Below are positions 37,329 to 48,895 of a DNA stretch of 64,000 bases, piece after piece. Position 1 is the stretch's first letter. Every line of letters begins with the position of its first letter. Both the position numbers and the translations under genes were made by a program. This stretch comes from Eledone cirrhosa (taxonomy: Eukaryota): positions 17,422,001-17,486,000 of the forward strand of contig OZ024755.1 of NCBI GenBank assembly GCA_964016885.1, written 5' to 3'. Under the pieces are notes generated by a model that made no database searches, was not told the DNA's origin, and saw only the letters and a list, made by a program, of their open reading frames with translations.

Positions 37329-38063
37329 GTCAGGTCACCAGTTGGTGCTACTGGTAACATGTATCCCAGTACAACCTGTCCCATGGTCGGGTCGTTGGCG
37401 ACTAAACTGGCAACCCCACCAAGGTTTCTTGGTGAGGAGGGTGACTTTGGACATCCTGCAGGACTAAAAACAAAACCTGTCAAAGGAGCTCTTAAGAGCC
37501 AATGGCCATCCAAAATCACCGGGAGAGATGACCCCTTAGCCTTTGTCAGGGCAGAATTCTAGGAGAAGGAAAACTCTGATATAACACCTGCAACCCTGAT
37601 GGTATCCAATGATAAAGGAGCTCTTAAGAGTCAATGGCCATCCAAAATCACCGGGAGAGATGACCCCTTAGCCTTTGTCAAGGCAGAATTCTAGGAGAAG
37701 GAAAACTCTGATATAACACCTGCAACCCTGATGGTATCCAATGATGTTGACTTGTTCTTCTTTTTGGTAAATATCATCTTGGTTAAGAGAGTGGGACTGG
37801 CTCTGTGCAGTGCCTTTGCTCACTATAAAAGCTTCACGGCACAGGCATTGCTTTATATCTGGAGATCTCTCTGCACTTGTCGTCACATGGTACCATGGGC
37901 CCAGAACTATGTGTTAATAATTGTCACAAGTGTAGTGTTTGTACCAGAGTTTTCAAGTCGCTGGCTGGACTAAAAAGTCACACTCGTTCAGCGCATCGGT
38001 AGGGGTTCTCCTACATGGTTATAAAGTAGTGGCCGTACTCGAAAACGAGTTGGCAGCCACCAT
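37329..38063 (+). mobile_element. Bipartite non-autonomous RTE derivative (5' UTR-like part joined to zinc-finger 3' end) with a 132-bp tandem duplication
   Basis: ctaggagaaggaaaactctga RTE 5' UTR-like motif; CSVCTRVFKSLAGLKSHTRSAH*; 37482-37613 repeated at 37614-37745. Confidence 0.6.
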
Positions 38064-38411
38064 ATATATATATACACACACATTAGTTGAAAGAGAGAGT
38101 GAGAAAAGAAAGGGCCCTGTTCAGAGCCATGTTGCTCAGGATCTACCCCTGGGCATCCTGCTGGTTGTTTTGCCTGTAAAATCTGTCCATCAGTTCTTTC
38201 CTTGGACATTCTAACCCCATATCCGTAATATCAAAGCTATGATATTTACTCTCATCTACAAAATTCTCTCTATTTTTTTCTTTGTTTTGATTAATCAGCA
38301 ACATCCCCTTCTTTCCACTGGGATTTCTTGGCACTTCTTTACCCAGCGGTCATCCTCCATGCACATCACATGCAATTGAAAAAAAGAAACCCACATTATT
38401 TATGGGATGAT

Positions 38412-38597
38412 GGATAGGCAGTATCGGTAGAGGGTCGGACACCATGTTTTGATGCATAGAGTTACGGCGCTTGCCATTCTGAGTTCAAATCCCACCGAGG
38501 TTAACTTTGCCTTTCATTCTTACGGGGTCGATAAAATAAAGTACCAATAATGCACTGGGTAATTGCTGGCCTTGTGCCAAAAACAGAAACGATTATT
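38412..38597 (+). mobile_element. SINE A
   Basis: near-consensus copy. Confidence 0.85.
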
Positions 38598-38635
38598 TAT
38601 GTGATGACTCAATAATATATTCATTCATCTTGCAG

Positions 38636-39268
38636 GAACTCCAAGCTGCTTTGGATGTATTCCAATCAAAACTACCAGAACTATATCAACTGAGTGATGA
38701 AATGGGGCCTAAACTTGATGCTGTATCAATAGTGCGTATGACTTCGCGACAAACTGCGCTGGAGCAGCGTCTTTTGTTGTTGAGACATTCTACTGATAAA
38801 CTAAGCCGACAGATCTCTGATAATTTGTTCCAGTACAGAGACTTTGGACAAAAAATGAAGACTATAAATGATTTCCTTCAAAAAGCAAGTCACACACTCA
38901 GTAATCAGCCCAGTCAATCGGCAAATGAAGATGTCGCTACAAAAGAGAATCTAATACAATTTAAACAACTTCTTATTGAGTTTAATACAAAGGCACCATT
39001 TCTGGATAACCTCAATGAACTAGGCTACAGGATGGTTTTGAGTGATAATTCTATTCAAGACCTACAGGAATTGAATCATAAATGGTATCAACTAAGATCA
39101 GAGACGGTAGAACTTTGTCATAGTTTACAAGATATTGTTCTACTCCAGCAAGATTTTACTGAGAAATGTTCTTTATGGATGGGATACCTGGCACAAATTG
39201 AAAATGAACTTGCAGTTGACATTGGCGGAAATTTAGAACAACTTGTTCACCAACAGAAAAAATATCAG
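38636..39268 (+). CDS. SYNE1: Nesprin-1-like exon O (ELQAALDVFQSKL...LDNLNELGYRM...FTEKCSLWMGYLAQIENELAVDIGGN...KKYQ)
   Basis: tcttgcag acceptor, gtaata donor, 633 nt; strong recalled similarity to human nesprin-1 'LDRLNELGYRL...FLEKCETWMEFLVQTEQKLAVEISGN'. Confidence 0.94.
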
Positions 39269-39396
39269 GTAATAATGATCTTTACTATTTAATTTCTTTA
39301 CATCATCATCATCACTAGCACCATCATCATCATCATCTCTATCATTATCTTCATCATCATCACCATCAATTTTCAAAGTCTATTTTCCACACTTGC

Positions 39397-39565
39397 ATCT
39401 TTTTATGTTTCTATTCTACATCTTTTTATGTTTCTATTCTACATCTTTTTATGTTTCTATCTAGCATCCTTTTTGTATTTCTATCCTACATCTTTTTGTA
39501 TTTCGACCCAACATCTTTTTTTATTTCTATTCTACATCTTTTTATGTTTCTCTCCAATATCTTTA
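39397..39565. repeat. 23-bp minisatellite (catctttttatgtttctattcta)
   Basis: about 7 units. Confidence 0.85.
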
Positions 39566-39610
39566 TGTAATTCTAACAAAACTTGAACATATATATTTCT
39601 ATTTGTGCAG

Positions 39611-39934
39611 ACGTTAAAGTCAGAACTAGTCAACAAGCAGCAAATACTTCATGCCATTATTGCAGACGGACAGAAAATGCAGAAACCCGGAGAAGCCAGT
39701 GACACAGACTTTGAACAGAATTTATCATTATTGTCTGAACAATGGCACAATGTGGTGAAACGAATCAACCAAAAGGTGAACATGGTGGATAGTTTGATCA
39801 GTCTATGGAAAAATTTCAATGAACAGAGCAACAAGTTCCATATTTGGTTAAGTGACCAAGAAACTAGTATGGAGGTTCTTAGCAGTGATGTCACTTCTAT
39901 GAGACGAATCCACAATGACATCCAAAAATTGAAG
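39611..39934 (+). CDS. SYNE1: Nesprin-1-like exon P (TLKSELVNKQQILHAIIADGQ...LLSEQW...IQKLK)
   Basis: ttgtgcag acceptor, gtaatt donor, 324 nt; recalls nesprin-1 'QQILHSIIIDGQ...LLSNQW'. Confidence 0.93.
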
Positions 39935-40000
39935 GTAATTTAAACCTTTAATCTTTTTTCTTTTTTAAATATTGCCTTTATTCTTTTATTCTGCTTTCTT

Positions 40001-40378
40001 TAGTTTGTTCATTCTTTTATTCCAAAATTCTTGTAGTTTGTCCATTCTTTTATTCCAAAATTCTTGTAGTTTGTTCATTCTTTTATTCCAAAATTCTTGT
40101 AGTTTGTTCATTCTTTTATTCCAAAATTCTTGTAGTTTGTCCATTCTTTTATTCCAAAATTCTTGTAGTTTGTTCATTCTTTTATTCCAAAATTCTTGTA
40201 GTTTGTTCATTCTTTTATTCCAAAATTCTTGTAGTTTGTTCATTCTTTTATTCGAAAATTCTTGTAGTTTGTTCATTCTTTTATTCCAAAATTCTTGTAG
40301 TTTGTTCATTCTTTTATTCCAAAATTCTTGTAGTTTGTCCATTCTTTTATTCTAAATTATTGAATTTTGTTCATTCTT
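40001..40378. repeat. 30-bp minisatellite (tagtttgttcattcttttattccaaaattcttg-type unit)
   Basis: about 12 near-identical units; explains the periodic ORFs 39972 and 39986. Confidence 0.9.
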
Positions 40379-40394
40379 GTATTTTTCTTTATTC

Positions 40395-41051
40395 CTCGTG
40401 GATAATCGCAGTGATAGACACATTTTTCCAATGCAGGTAGGTTCTATAGAAGTGGTTGATAGCTTCCAGTACCTAGGTGATCAGATTAGCATGGGAGAGG
40501 GGTGTACCGAGGCCATAGTATCTAGAATAAGGATGGGTTGGAAGAAGTTTAGGGAGCTGCTTCCTTTGTTGACAAAGAAGGGTTTCTCTCTGCGTATGAA
40601 AGGACGGTTATATGATGCCTGTGTGAGATGAGCAATGCTGCATGGTAGTGAGACATGGGCAGCAACTGCAGAGGATATGCGACAGCTGGAGAGAAATGAA
40701 GCAAGTATGCTCCGTTGGATGTGCAATGTCAATGTGCATAGACGAGTTGAGAAAAAAACTGGGTATAAGAGGGATAAGTTGTGGTGTGCAGGCGAGAAGG
40801 CTGAGATGGTATGGACATGTGATGCACATGGAGGATGACCGCTGGGTAAAGAAGTGCCAAGAAATCCCAGTAGAAGGAAGACGCAGTAGAGGTAGACTAC
40901 GAAAAACATGGGCGGAGGTGGTGAGAGCAGACCTCAGATCGCTGAAACTCGCAGAGGAGATGACGAAGGACCGTGACAAGTGGAGAGATGCTGTGCTGAA
41001 TAGGACCCATCCCACCCTTGCAAGCAGGGAAAAGCAGACGTAAAATGATGA
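40395..41051 (+). mobile_element. RTE-clade LINE, 5'-truncated RT C-terminus (stop and frameshift)
   Basis: IEVVDSFQYLGDQI...KGRLYDACVR*AMLHGSETW...RRLRWYGHV...RGRLRKTW...DRDKWR; (atg)n tail. Confidence 0.92.
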
Positions 41052-41066
41052 TATATATATATATAT

Positions 41067-41260
41067 AACAAAGGAAGTGTGGTAAGGAACCAGGTGGACC
41101 ATAACGCACAAGAGTACTCAATACTTAGGGTAGTAGAGTGGGTAATAGGAAAAGAGTCAGGACCCTGATGGCTGAGCTCCATCCGTTTCGACAGCTGAGT
41201 TCAGACCTAGCTGTCGAAATGGCCAGAGCTCAGCTGTCGGGGTCCTGACTCTTTTCCTAT
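41067..41260 (-). mobile_element. Fold-back element, family L, with 3' half of a hammerhead
   Basis: hairpin 41145-41260; tail shared with 52435-52600 and 58885-59089. Confidence 0.62.
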
Positions 41261-42029
41261 ATATATATTCTTTATTATCAACTTTAATATAAAAAATAAT
41301 AATCACGTTTAATTATAGCTTAGGGTCTCAGCTGGTGAAAATCTGGCCTTATTGCATAATCAGCTCTCATGTACCTTCAAAATAAAAAATTATTATTGCT
41401 AAAATTAGCTAAATACTTTCTAGTATTTATGTTTATTCATGCATTTAGTGCATAAATATAATGTGAGAGTAGGTCAGGTTGTCACAGTATAACTTTCTAT
41501 AGAGTCAAAACCATTGAAAAATAAAACCAGATCACTTATTCCATCATTGAAACACTTAGAGTAGAGGTAGGTAGATATAATATACTTCAGCTTGTAGTTG
41601 TTGCGCTCTCTCACGACCTATTAGTTTGAATATATAAGAAAATAAGAAAACAGTATTTATTTAACCCTATATACTATTATATTTTCACGGTAAAGGCTTT
41701 ATCTCACATAATTATCTCACTTAATATTGAATCTATGTGATTTTGATATTATTTATTTTGAGAACAATACCATAACGTCGGTATGAGTGGCTGGTTATGG
41801 CCGGTTTGAACAGAAAGAGGCGAGAAATTCTGACTGGATACAACCAGTTTGAATGGTAAAAAGTTAAAGTTTGAAATGTCTTGAAAGTATTTTTCTCGGT
41901 GAGATTATTTATAAAAAAAATGTATGTTTCCTCCTCTCACTCTGTTGTTATTTTTCTCCGACTCTATCGATTTATTTTTATGTGTCTATATAAACCATTC
42001 TATTTATCTCTCACTGTCCCCATCCATCC

Positions 42030-42686
42030 ATTTAGTCAGTCAGTCATGTACACACATATACACACATATACACATTCAGTCAGTCAGTCATGTACACACA
42101 TATACACACATATACACACATATACACATTCAGTCAGTCAGTCATGTACACACATATACACACATATACACATTCAGTCAGTCAGTCGTGTACACACATA
42201 TACACACATATACACACACATTCAGTCAGTCAGTCATGTACACACATATACACACATATACACATTTAGTCAGTCATGTACACACATATACACATTCAGT
42301 CAGTCAGTCATGTACACACATATACACACATATACACACATATACACACATATACACATTCAGTCAGTCAGTCATGTACACACATATACACACATATACA
42401 CATTTAGTCAGTCATGTACACACATATACACATTCAGTCAGTCAGTCATGTACACACATATACACACATATACACACATATACACACATATACACACATA
42501 TACACATTCAGTCAGTCAGTCATGTACACACATATACACACATATACACATTCAGTCAGTCAGTCGTGTACACACATATACACACATATACACACATCTA
42601 CACATTTAGTCAGTCATGTACACACATATACACATTCAGTCAGTCAGTCATGTACACACATATACACACATATATACACACACACA
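42030..42686. repeat. Minisatellite cagtcagtcatgtacacacatata(cacacatata)n
   Basis: direct reading. Confidence 0.92.
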
Positions 42687-42731
42687 TTTTACTTTGCAGA
42701 ACATAACCGATATGAAAATATTAATATTTAT

Positions 42732-42922
42732 AGGGGGGTGGATTGGCAGTATCGGTGGAGGGTCGGACGCCATGCTTTCCACCATAGTTACGTCCCTTTA
42801 CGATCTGAGTTCAAATCCCGCTGAGGTTGACTTTGCCTTTCACCCTCACGGGGGTTGATAAAATAAAGTACCAGTAATGCACTGGGTAATTGCTGGCCTT
42901 GTGCCTAAAGTAGAAACAATTA
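42732..42922 (+). mobile_element. SINE A with TSD attaatatttata
   Basis: near-consensus copy with flanking direct repeat. Confidence 0.88.
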
Positions 42923-43354
42923 ATATTTATAACTTTGTTAGTTTTATTAACTCTTTTGTTACTATATTCTTATTGAAATACATTGTCTATGGTTTTGAAT
43001 TAATTTGAAAATAATCAAGACTTGGACGATTTAGTAAAGTAACCAACATTTTCATTTTTAAGCTGGTGCTTGAAATATAACTTAACTATATTTTCTTCCA
43101 CCGCTGCCACACTATATTTTTTCCAACCATCCTCCGGGGAAACGCCTTCTCCATTCTGTCTGCCAGGGCTATGGGGAGACCAGCACGTTGGACCCCATTT
43201 GCTCACCATACAGAGAGATGGAGACGACAGTGGGAGTTCGACTCTTCCACATTAGGATCATATCCTTGTCGACATGGATTGACAAAACATACATACATAT
43301 ATTTTCTTCCATAAAACTATGATGGAAGGTTTAACTTTAAATAGAAGCACTTTA

Positions 43355-43636
43355 AAACATGACTTTCGTAGACATTTTTTCACACTCAGAGTTGCTGAAG
43401 CATGGAACAAACTGCCTGCGACAGTTGTTAGCTGCCGAGACACTGCATCCTTTAAGACACTCATGCTTTCCCGAAATACGCCAAAACTACACCTGATGTA
43501 CCCCTTCCATACACATGCACACATGTGTGTATCATGACTCATGCACTGTTCATTTTCCTGACGTTTGTACATTACCCTATGTACTATACATACACTTTTT
43601 GATGAGTTGTAGTGCACCTGAGCACTGTACACAATA

Positions 43637-43670
<34 letters not shown>
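43355..43670 (+). mobile_element. CR1-clade LINE 3' end (UTR-only fragment also at ~25290-25402)
   Basis: HDFRRHFFTLRVAEAWNKLPATVV; (att)n tail. Confidence 0.88.
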
Positions 43671-43673
<3 letters not shown>

Positions 43674-44321
43674 AAACAAAACAGCTTTTTATCATAGGAC
43701 TATAGGATAGGGCTGAGTTAAGCTGCTGCTGCTACTTCCTCTTCCTCCCCCACCCCCTCTCCTTCTCCTCCCCGTAAAGGCAGGCTTATCAAGCAGGCCT
43801 TCAAGTGGGTCCTATTAGAGTAGTTAATTTTTTTTTTTTTTTTTTAATAAGAGTGATCTTCTCATTCTTCAGAAGTTTAACATTTAAGTTTAACTTAAAA
43901 GGTAGATTAGAAACTAATATTCTACTGAGATTTAGTATTACCATTCAGCCAAATGGGCTGTATGCAGCTCACAGACAGCAGTTTGCCCACGATTGGCTTA
44001 GATCCGCAAAAGGAATTTATCTGCCTCTGGCAGTCCCTGGAAGGTTAGGTTGATATCAGAAGGGTTAATATATTTCAATAAATTATTTTTTCCTTCATGT
44101 AGTTAAAGAAAAACACATCAATTGTTTGTTTTTGTTTTGAACCATTTCTGCTTCACATTTGACAAGTGGGTTTTAACCCTGAAATATTATGTTGAAATAA
44201 TACTTTGTTTTGTTTTATTTATCATCTTTAAAGAAATGTATGCTCTTTGTATATTTCTACCACATTGAACTGGCTTTTTGAAACTTATTGGCCATTTTTT
44301 CCTTCATTTTTATGATTATAG

Positions 44322-44642
44322 AATATTCAAAATGAGTTCAAACTACAAGCAGATCGTTATGAATCACTACATAAAGATGGCCAGAAGTTGTTACAGTACA
44401 TGGACGGAACTTCTGCAGAGGAATTAACAGAAAAATTGAGACAACTGGAACAGAAACGGCAAAACATTCTTAAGAACCTTATAGAACAAATGGCGAAATC
44501 ACAAGATGCTACCAGGCAGCATGATTTCTGTGAGAAAGAATTAGAAGAGCTGTTTGCATGGCTTAAAGACATCAGAAAGACTTACACAAAACCTTTACCA
44601 ACATCATTTGGTGAATTAGAAGCTGATCTTCATCAATGCAAG
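44322..44642 (+). CDS. SYNE1: Nesprin-1-like exon Q (NIQNEFKLQADRYESLHKDGQKLL...DLHQCK)
   Basis: attatag acceptor, gtacat donor, 321 nt, phase 0/0. Confidence 0.9.
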
Positions 44643-45333
44643 GTACATATCTATTTAATTACATATACTATCGTTAGCAAGGTGGTGGGTGGGGAAGGGC
44701 TATTTAGCAAAGTCATTAAGGTGTTGGATAAAATGTATTAATTCTGGCTCTCTATGTTTGGAGTTCAAATCCTGCTGAGGTCAACTTTGTCTGTTATCCC
44801 TTGTGGGGATGAGGTCAGCCAGGTATTAAAATACCCAAGACACTGTATGTCAGGACTGCACCCCTACAGCTCCACCAGAAGTTACGAGTTCATATATATT
44901 CATCTTGGGTGCATTTCACTTATTTCTTTAAAGGCTTGGGTACTTTTTGTTGTTTTTTTATGTTAGGGAAGTCTTGTTTATACAACCTATGTTGCAGCAT
45001 CACATCATCAAGGTTGAGGATTTAAAGTCAAGAGACGATGTGAGAGGGTGGAGCATAGCCTATTACCTAATGGAGTCATAGTCACTGCAGATAATAATAG
45101 CTTTATTATATAGAAACTATGTAATATGACAGCTGCTGCTTGTTAACGTCTGTCTTTCACATTAGGTGGCTTTTGCAGTCCTGTTTGGTATGCCGAGTTC
45201 GGTTTACCAAATCTGGATGGGGGGGGGGCATGGTTTGGTTTAGCAAGAGTCATGAGTACAGGTTGGCATTCAGCTTAAGGTGTTTGCTGAGTATTTGTGG
45301 ATTGATTGGAGCAATAACAGTTTTATTTACATA

Positions 45334-45800
45334 TACTTACACCTCTCCAAGACAATGTCACTGGACCAAGAGCTTTGGCGCTACACAGTAATACTTACCT
45401 AAGTACAAAGTGAAACCTACTACAGTCAGTAGGCACCTCTAACAAAATACACCCACCCCCCGTCCCACTACCCCCACCCTATCCACACCACCCCTTTCAA
45501 TGTAAAGTTATGTTGGTACCACAACATCCAGCCCGAAACAAATGAGGTCGTGTAGGTGTCACGACAAAAAAAAACACACAGTCCACGCTGTAATGTGGCC
45601 GTGTAGGCAACACGGTAAAAACCTCCCAGTTCCACACTGTAAACGTGGTTGGTGTTAGGAAGGGCATCCAGCTGTAGAAAACCCGCCAGACAGTCCTATG
45701 CGAGCAAGACAACCACTCTTGCCTCAAGTGGGAAAACTCCCGTCCAAACCAATGCAAGCGTGGAATATGGACGTTAAATGATGATGATGATGATGAAGAT
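45334..45800 (+). mobile_element. 5'-truncated copy of the composite RTE element
   Basis: colinear with 62153-62620. Confidence 0.85.
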
Positions 45801-46590
45801 GACATCATACCTCAGTACACCAGTTATATCATCTATGTAGTCAAGTATATTGGCTGAGGTGCTGAGGAAGATTGCATTAGTCACACACCTCCAGTTTTTA
45901 CTCTCAATCTACATATTAATCAGCTAAATTATCAACATCACTGAGAATCAATGAGAGAGCCTGTATGTGGTCACTTGGACTGCTAGAAACTGTAACCAAA
46001 TTTTACACAAATTACTCACCAACCAACTTCAATAAGCAAGAAGACATTTGAATAATATAGCCCTAGATTTCTGAAGGAAATAGATGGGAAAGACTTTGAT
46101 AATAGATCTTCTCAATCAGAAGATTACCTGGGGCTAGAAAAACATCACCACTAGTAGTCTGATGAATGTTAATGCAAGCATTTCATTTAAATGTCCAACT
46201 TTAACTTTACTGGTAATACTTGAAATTCTTGATATATAATTAATTTTCAATTCTAAACTTAATCTTAGTTTGTAGTCATCTGTCTTGCTAATTAATCTAG
46301 TTTTGCTCTAAATTTGTTTCCTTTATTAATACATATATATATTGTATGTATGTATGAACCTGGGATACACACACACACACACATACACACACATACACGC
46401 ACACACACACAAACACACATATATATATATAAATACATATATATATATATTCATACATAAATACATACATATATACATACATATATATATATATATACAC
46501 ATACATACATGCATATATATTTATACACACACATACATACATGCATACATACATACATACATATATCTATTTATATATCCTTTCTTACAG

Positions 46591-46905
46591 GATATTCAGT
46601 CTTCAGCAGCCTCATACGATGACAAGTACCAAATCTTGTTCTCAAAAATGAACCAATTGAACTATGTTTTACAACCAGAAGATGTTAGCCTTCTCCAACA
46701 GAGAATGAAGCTTCTAGATAAACAATGGATGGATATCTGTATGGAGATAGATGTTCGGATACTACAGATCAATGACAGTTTAGGAAGATGGCCACAGTTA
46801 AATATAGACCTCAACAACCTCTGTAGCTGGTGTGAACAGATGGAAACCAAGATTGTTACCACAAGTAGCGACACTATTGAAGCTATGTTGGAAAAACTTG
46901 AGAAG
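46591..46905 (+). CDS. SYNE1: Nesprin-1-like exon R ([13 protein letters not shown]...[12 protein letters not shown]...[10 protein letters not shown]); last exon seen in window
   Basis: tttcttacag acceptor, gtaggt donor, 315 nt; recalls nesprin-1 'LCEWLTQMESKV...IEEMIEKLKK'. Confidence 0.92.
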
Positions 46906-46956
46906 GTAGGTTTGATTTTTTCTCGTTTGATTTTTACTTGTTTGATTCTGTTTATT

Positions 46957-47230
46957 GCAGTATCGGTAGAGCGTCAGACTCCATGCTTTTCAGCATAGAG
47001 TTATGGCCCCTTACTTCTGAATTCAAATCCTGCCGAGTTTAACTTTTAACTTTGCCTTTCATCTTTACGGAGTCAATAAAATAAAGCACCAGTAATGTAC
47101 TGGGGGTAATTGCTGGCCTTATGCCAAAAGTAGAAACAATTATTTCATGTGTTGAGAGTGGTGAATTAGCAGAATTGGTAGAGCGTCGGACACCATGCAT
47201 CGTGGCATAGAGTTACGGCCCTTTGCTTTC
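46957..47230 (+). mobile_element. SINE A plus a second head fragment
   Basis: family match. Confidence 0.8.
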
Positions 47231-47546
47231 TGTATTTGATGGAGAGATGGCTCAAGAAGAAGAAGAAAAAAAGAGAGAAGTTTGCAGTCTTATATTATCT
47301 CGAGATATTTTGACAAATCAATAATCCTCAACATTAACATTTGACAGTTTTCTTGCGGAAATCTTCCAGTTTTAGTTTTCAAGAAATGTTCTGTTTAAAA
47401 CGCTTTTGGCTTTTTGTATAAAATATTGATGAACATTTTACATTTTGTCAAATATTTTTTCAAAAGCAAAATATTTTATCTTTGCACAATACAGTTTAGA
47501 TCATTATTCAACTTAGTCCTCTATACCTAAGGAAAGTAGAGTGTAG

Positions 47547-47592
<46 letters not shown>

Positions 47593-47594
<2 letters not shown>

Positions 47595-47861
47595 GTAGTG
47601 TGCCGAGGAGGGTGCTGATGGTGCATTTGCCTGGGGCATCCTTTGGATGGGGGAATCATTTAGGGAAAAGAACTTGTTAAATTTGATTGATTTTATATTA
47701 AAATTGAATAAAGCATTTATTTCATGTTTCATCTGTGTTTATATATTCAAAATGTTTTCCTTTCTCATAATATTTCTCAGTCTATTAGGCCTTATACTTG
47801 AGTCTTTGGGGCATACAATCAAGATTTGTCCCGGGCATCATCAGAGCTCTGCATGCCACTG
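47593..47861. mobile_element. hAT-type MITE
   Basis: TIR cagtagtgtgc / gcatgccactg; 8-bp direct repeat tatatatt. Confidence 0.65.
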
Positions 47862-48039
47862 TATATATTGTATTATTGGGGAGGGTCATGTTGTTATAAT
47901 ATTGCCAGAAACATACCCACTGTTTGATTTGGGTTGGTTTTCGATTCAGTATATTTTATATTTCTATAATTAATCCAGCTGGCAATCAATGTTTATCATT
48001 GATTGACCAACAGTTAAACATATAGCTATAAATATAGTC

Positions 48040-48083
48040 TATCAGGGTTCTTTCGTCACACACCTGTGACATTATCAGTGATA
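48040..48083 (-). ncRNA. Degenerate hammerhead motif, family H, second copy
   Basis: minus strand: tatca-CTGATAA-tgtcac..gtgac-GAAA-gaac-CC-tgata; gggagggtcatgttg at ~47878. Confidence 0.45.
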
Positions 48084-48532
48084 TGATTATGTTTCCTCCC
48101 ATTGTATTGCTGTAATTACAGCAACACAACAGGAGGAAACATAATTATATATATATATATATATATGCACTGGGGTCAATTTAATCAACTTTCTCCTCCC
48201 TCAAGATTATTGATCTTGTGCCTAATTCAGGAACAAATATTGTAAGTAGGTATACAGGATGACACCTAGACAAGCTTGCCTCTAAAATATATTATACCTT
48301 ACGTCTGTTCCAAACTGTGACACTGGCAAATATATTTACCTTTCAGTATCTTAATTTACATTATTGTAGGTAGATTATACAGGGAAACAGCTGGTCAAGT
48401 TAGCCCTGCTTCTATATGTAATATAATAATAATGATGAGGATGATAAAGTGACAGCTTGCTAAATTATCCTACTGCTAAAATATATTAAACCTCACCCTC
48501 TGTCCTATACTGTGCCACTGGCAAATATATTT

Positions 48533-48895
48533 AGGGCGGTGGATTAGCAGTATCGGTAGAGGGTCGGACGCCATGCTTTGACGCCCTTTCCATTCTGAGT
48601 TCAAATCCCGCCAAGGTTAACTTTGCTTTTCATCCCTACGGGGTCAATAAAATAAAGTAGCAGTAATGCTCTGGGTAATTGCTGGCCTTGTGACAAAAGT
48701 AGAAACAATTATCTTAGTTTACAGGCGGTGAATTGGCAGTATTGATAGAGAGTCGGACGCCATGCTTTCCAGCATAGTTACGTCTCTTTATGGTCTGAGT
48801 TCAAATCCCGCCGAGGTTAACTTTGCCTTTCATCCTTACGGACTCGATAAAATAAGGTACCAATAATGTACTTGTGCCAAAAGTAGAAACAATTA
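48533..48895 (+). mobile_element. SINE A head-to-tail pair
   Basis: second copy flanked by attatcttagtttaca. Confidence 0.87.

Noticed and set aside
39972-40378. Regular repeat array resembling CRISPR or a repeat protein
   Set aside because: Head-to-tail units with no unique spacers; an intronic eukaryotic minisatellite.
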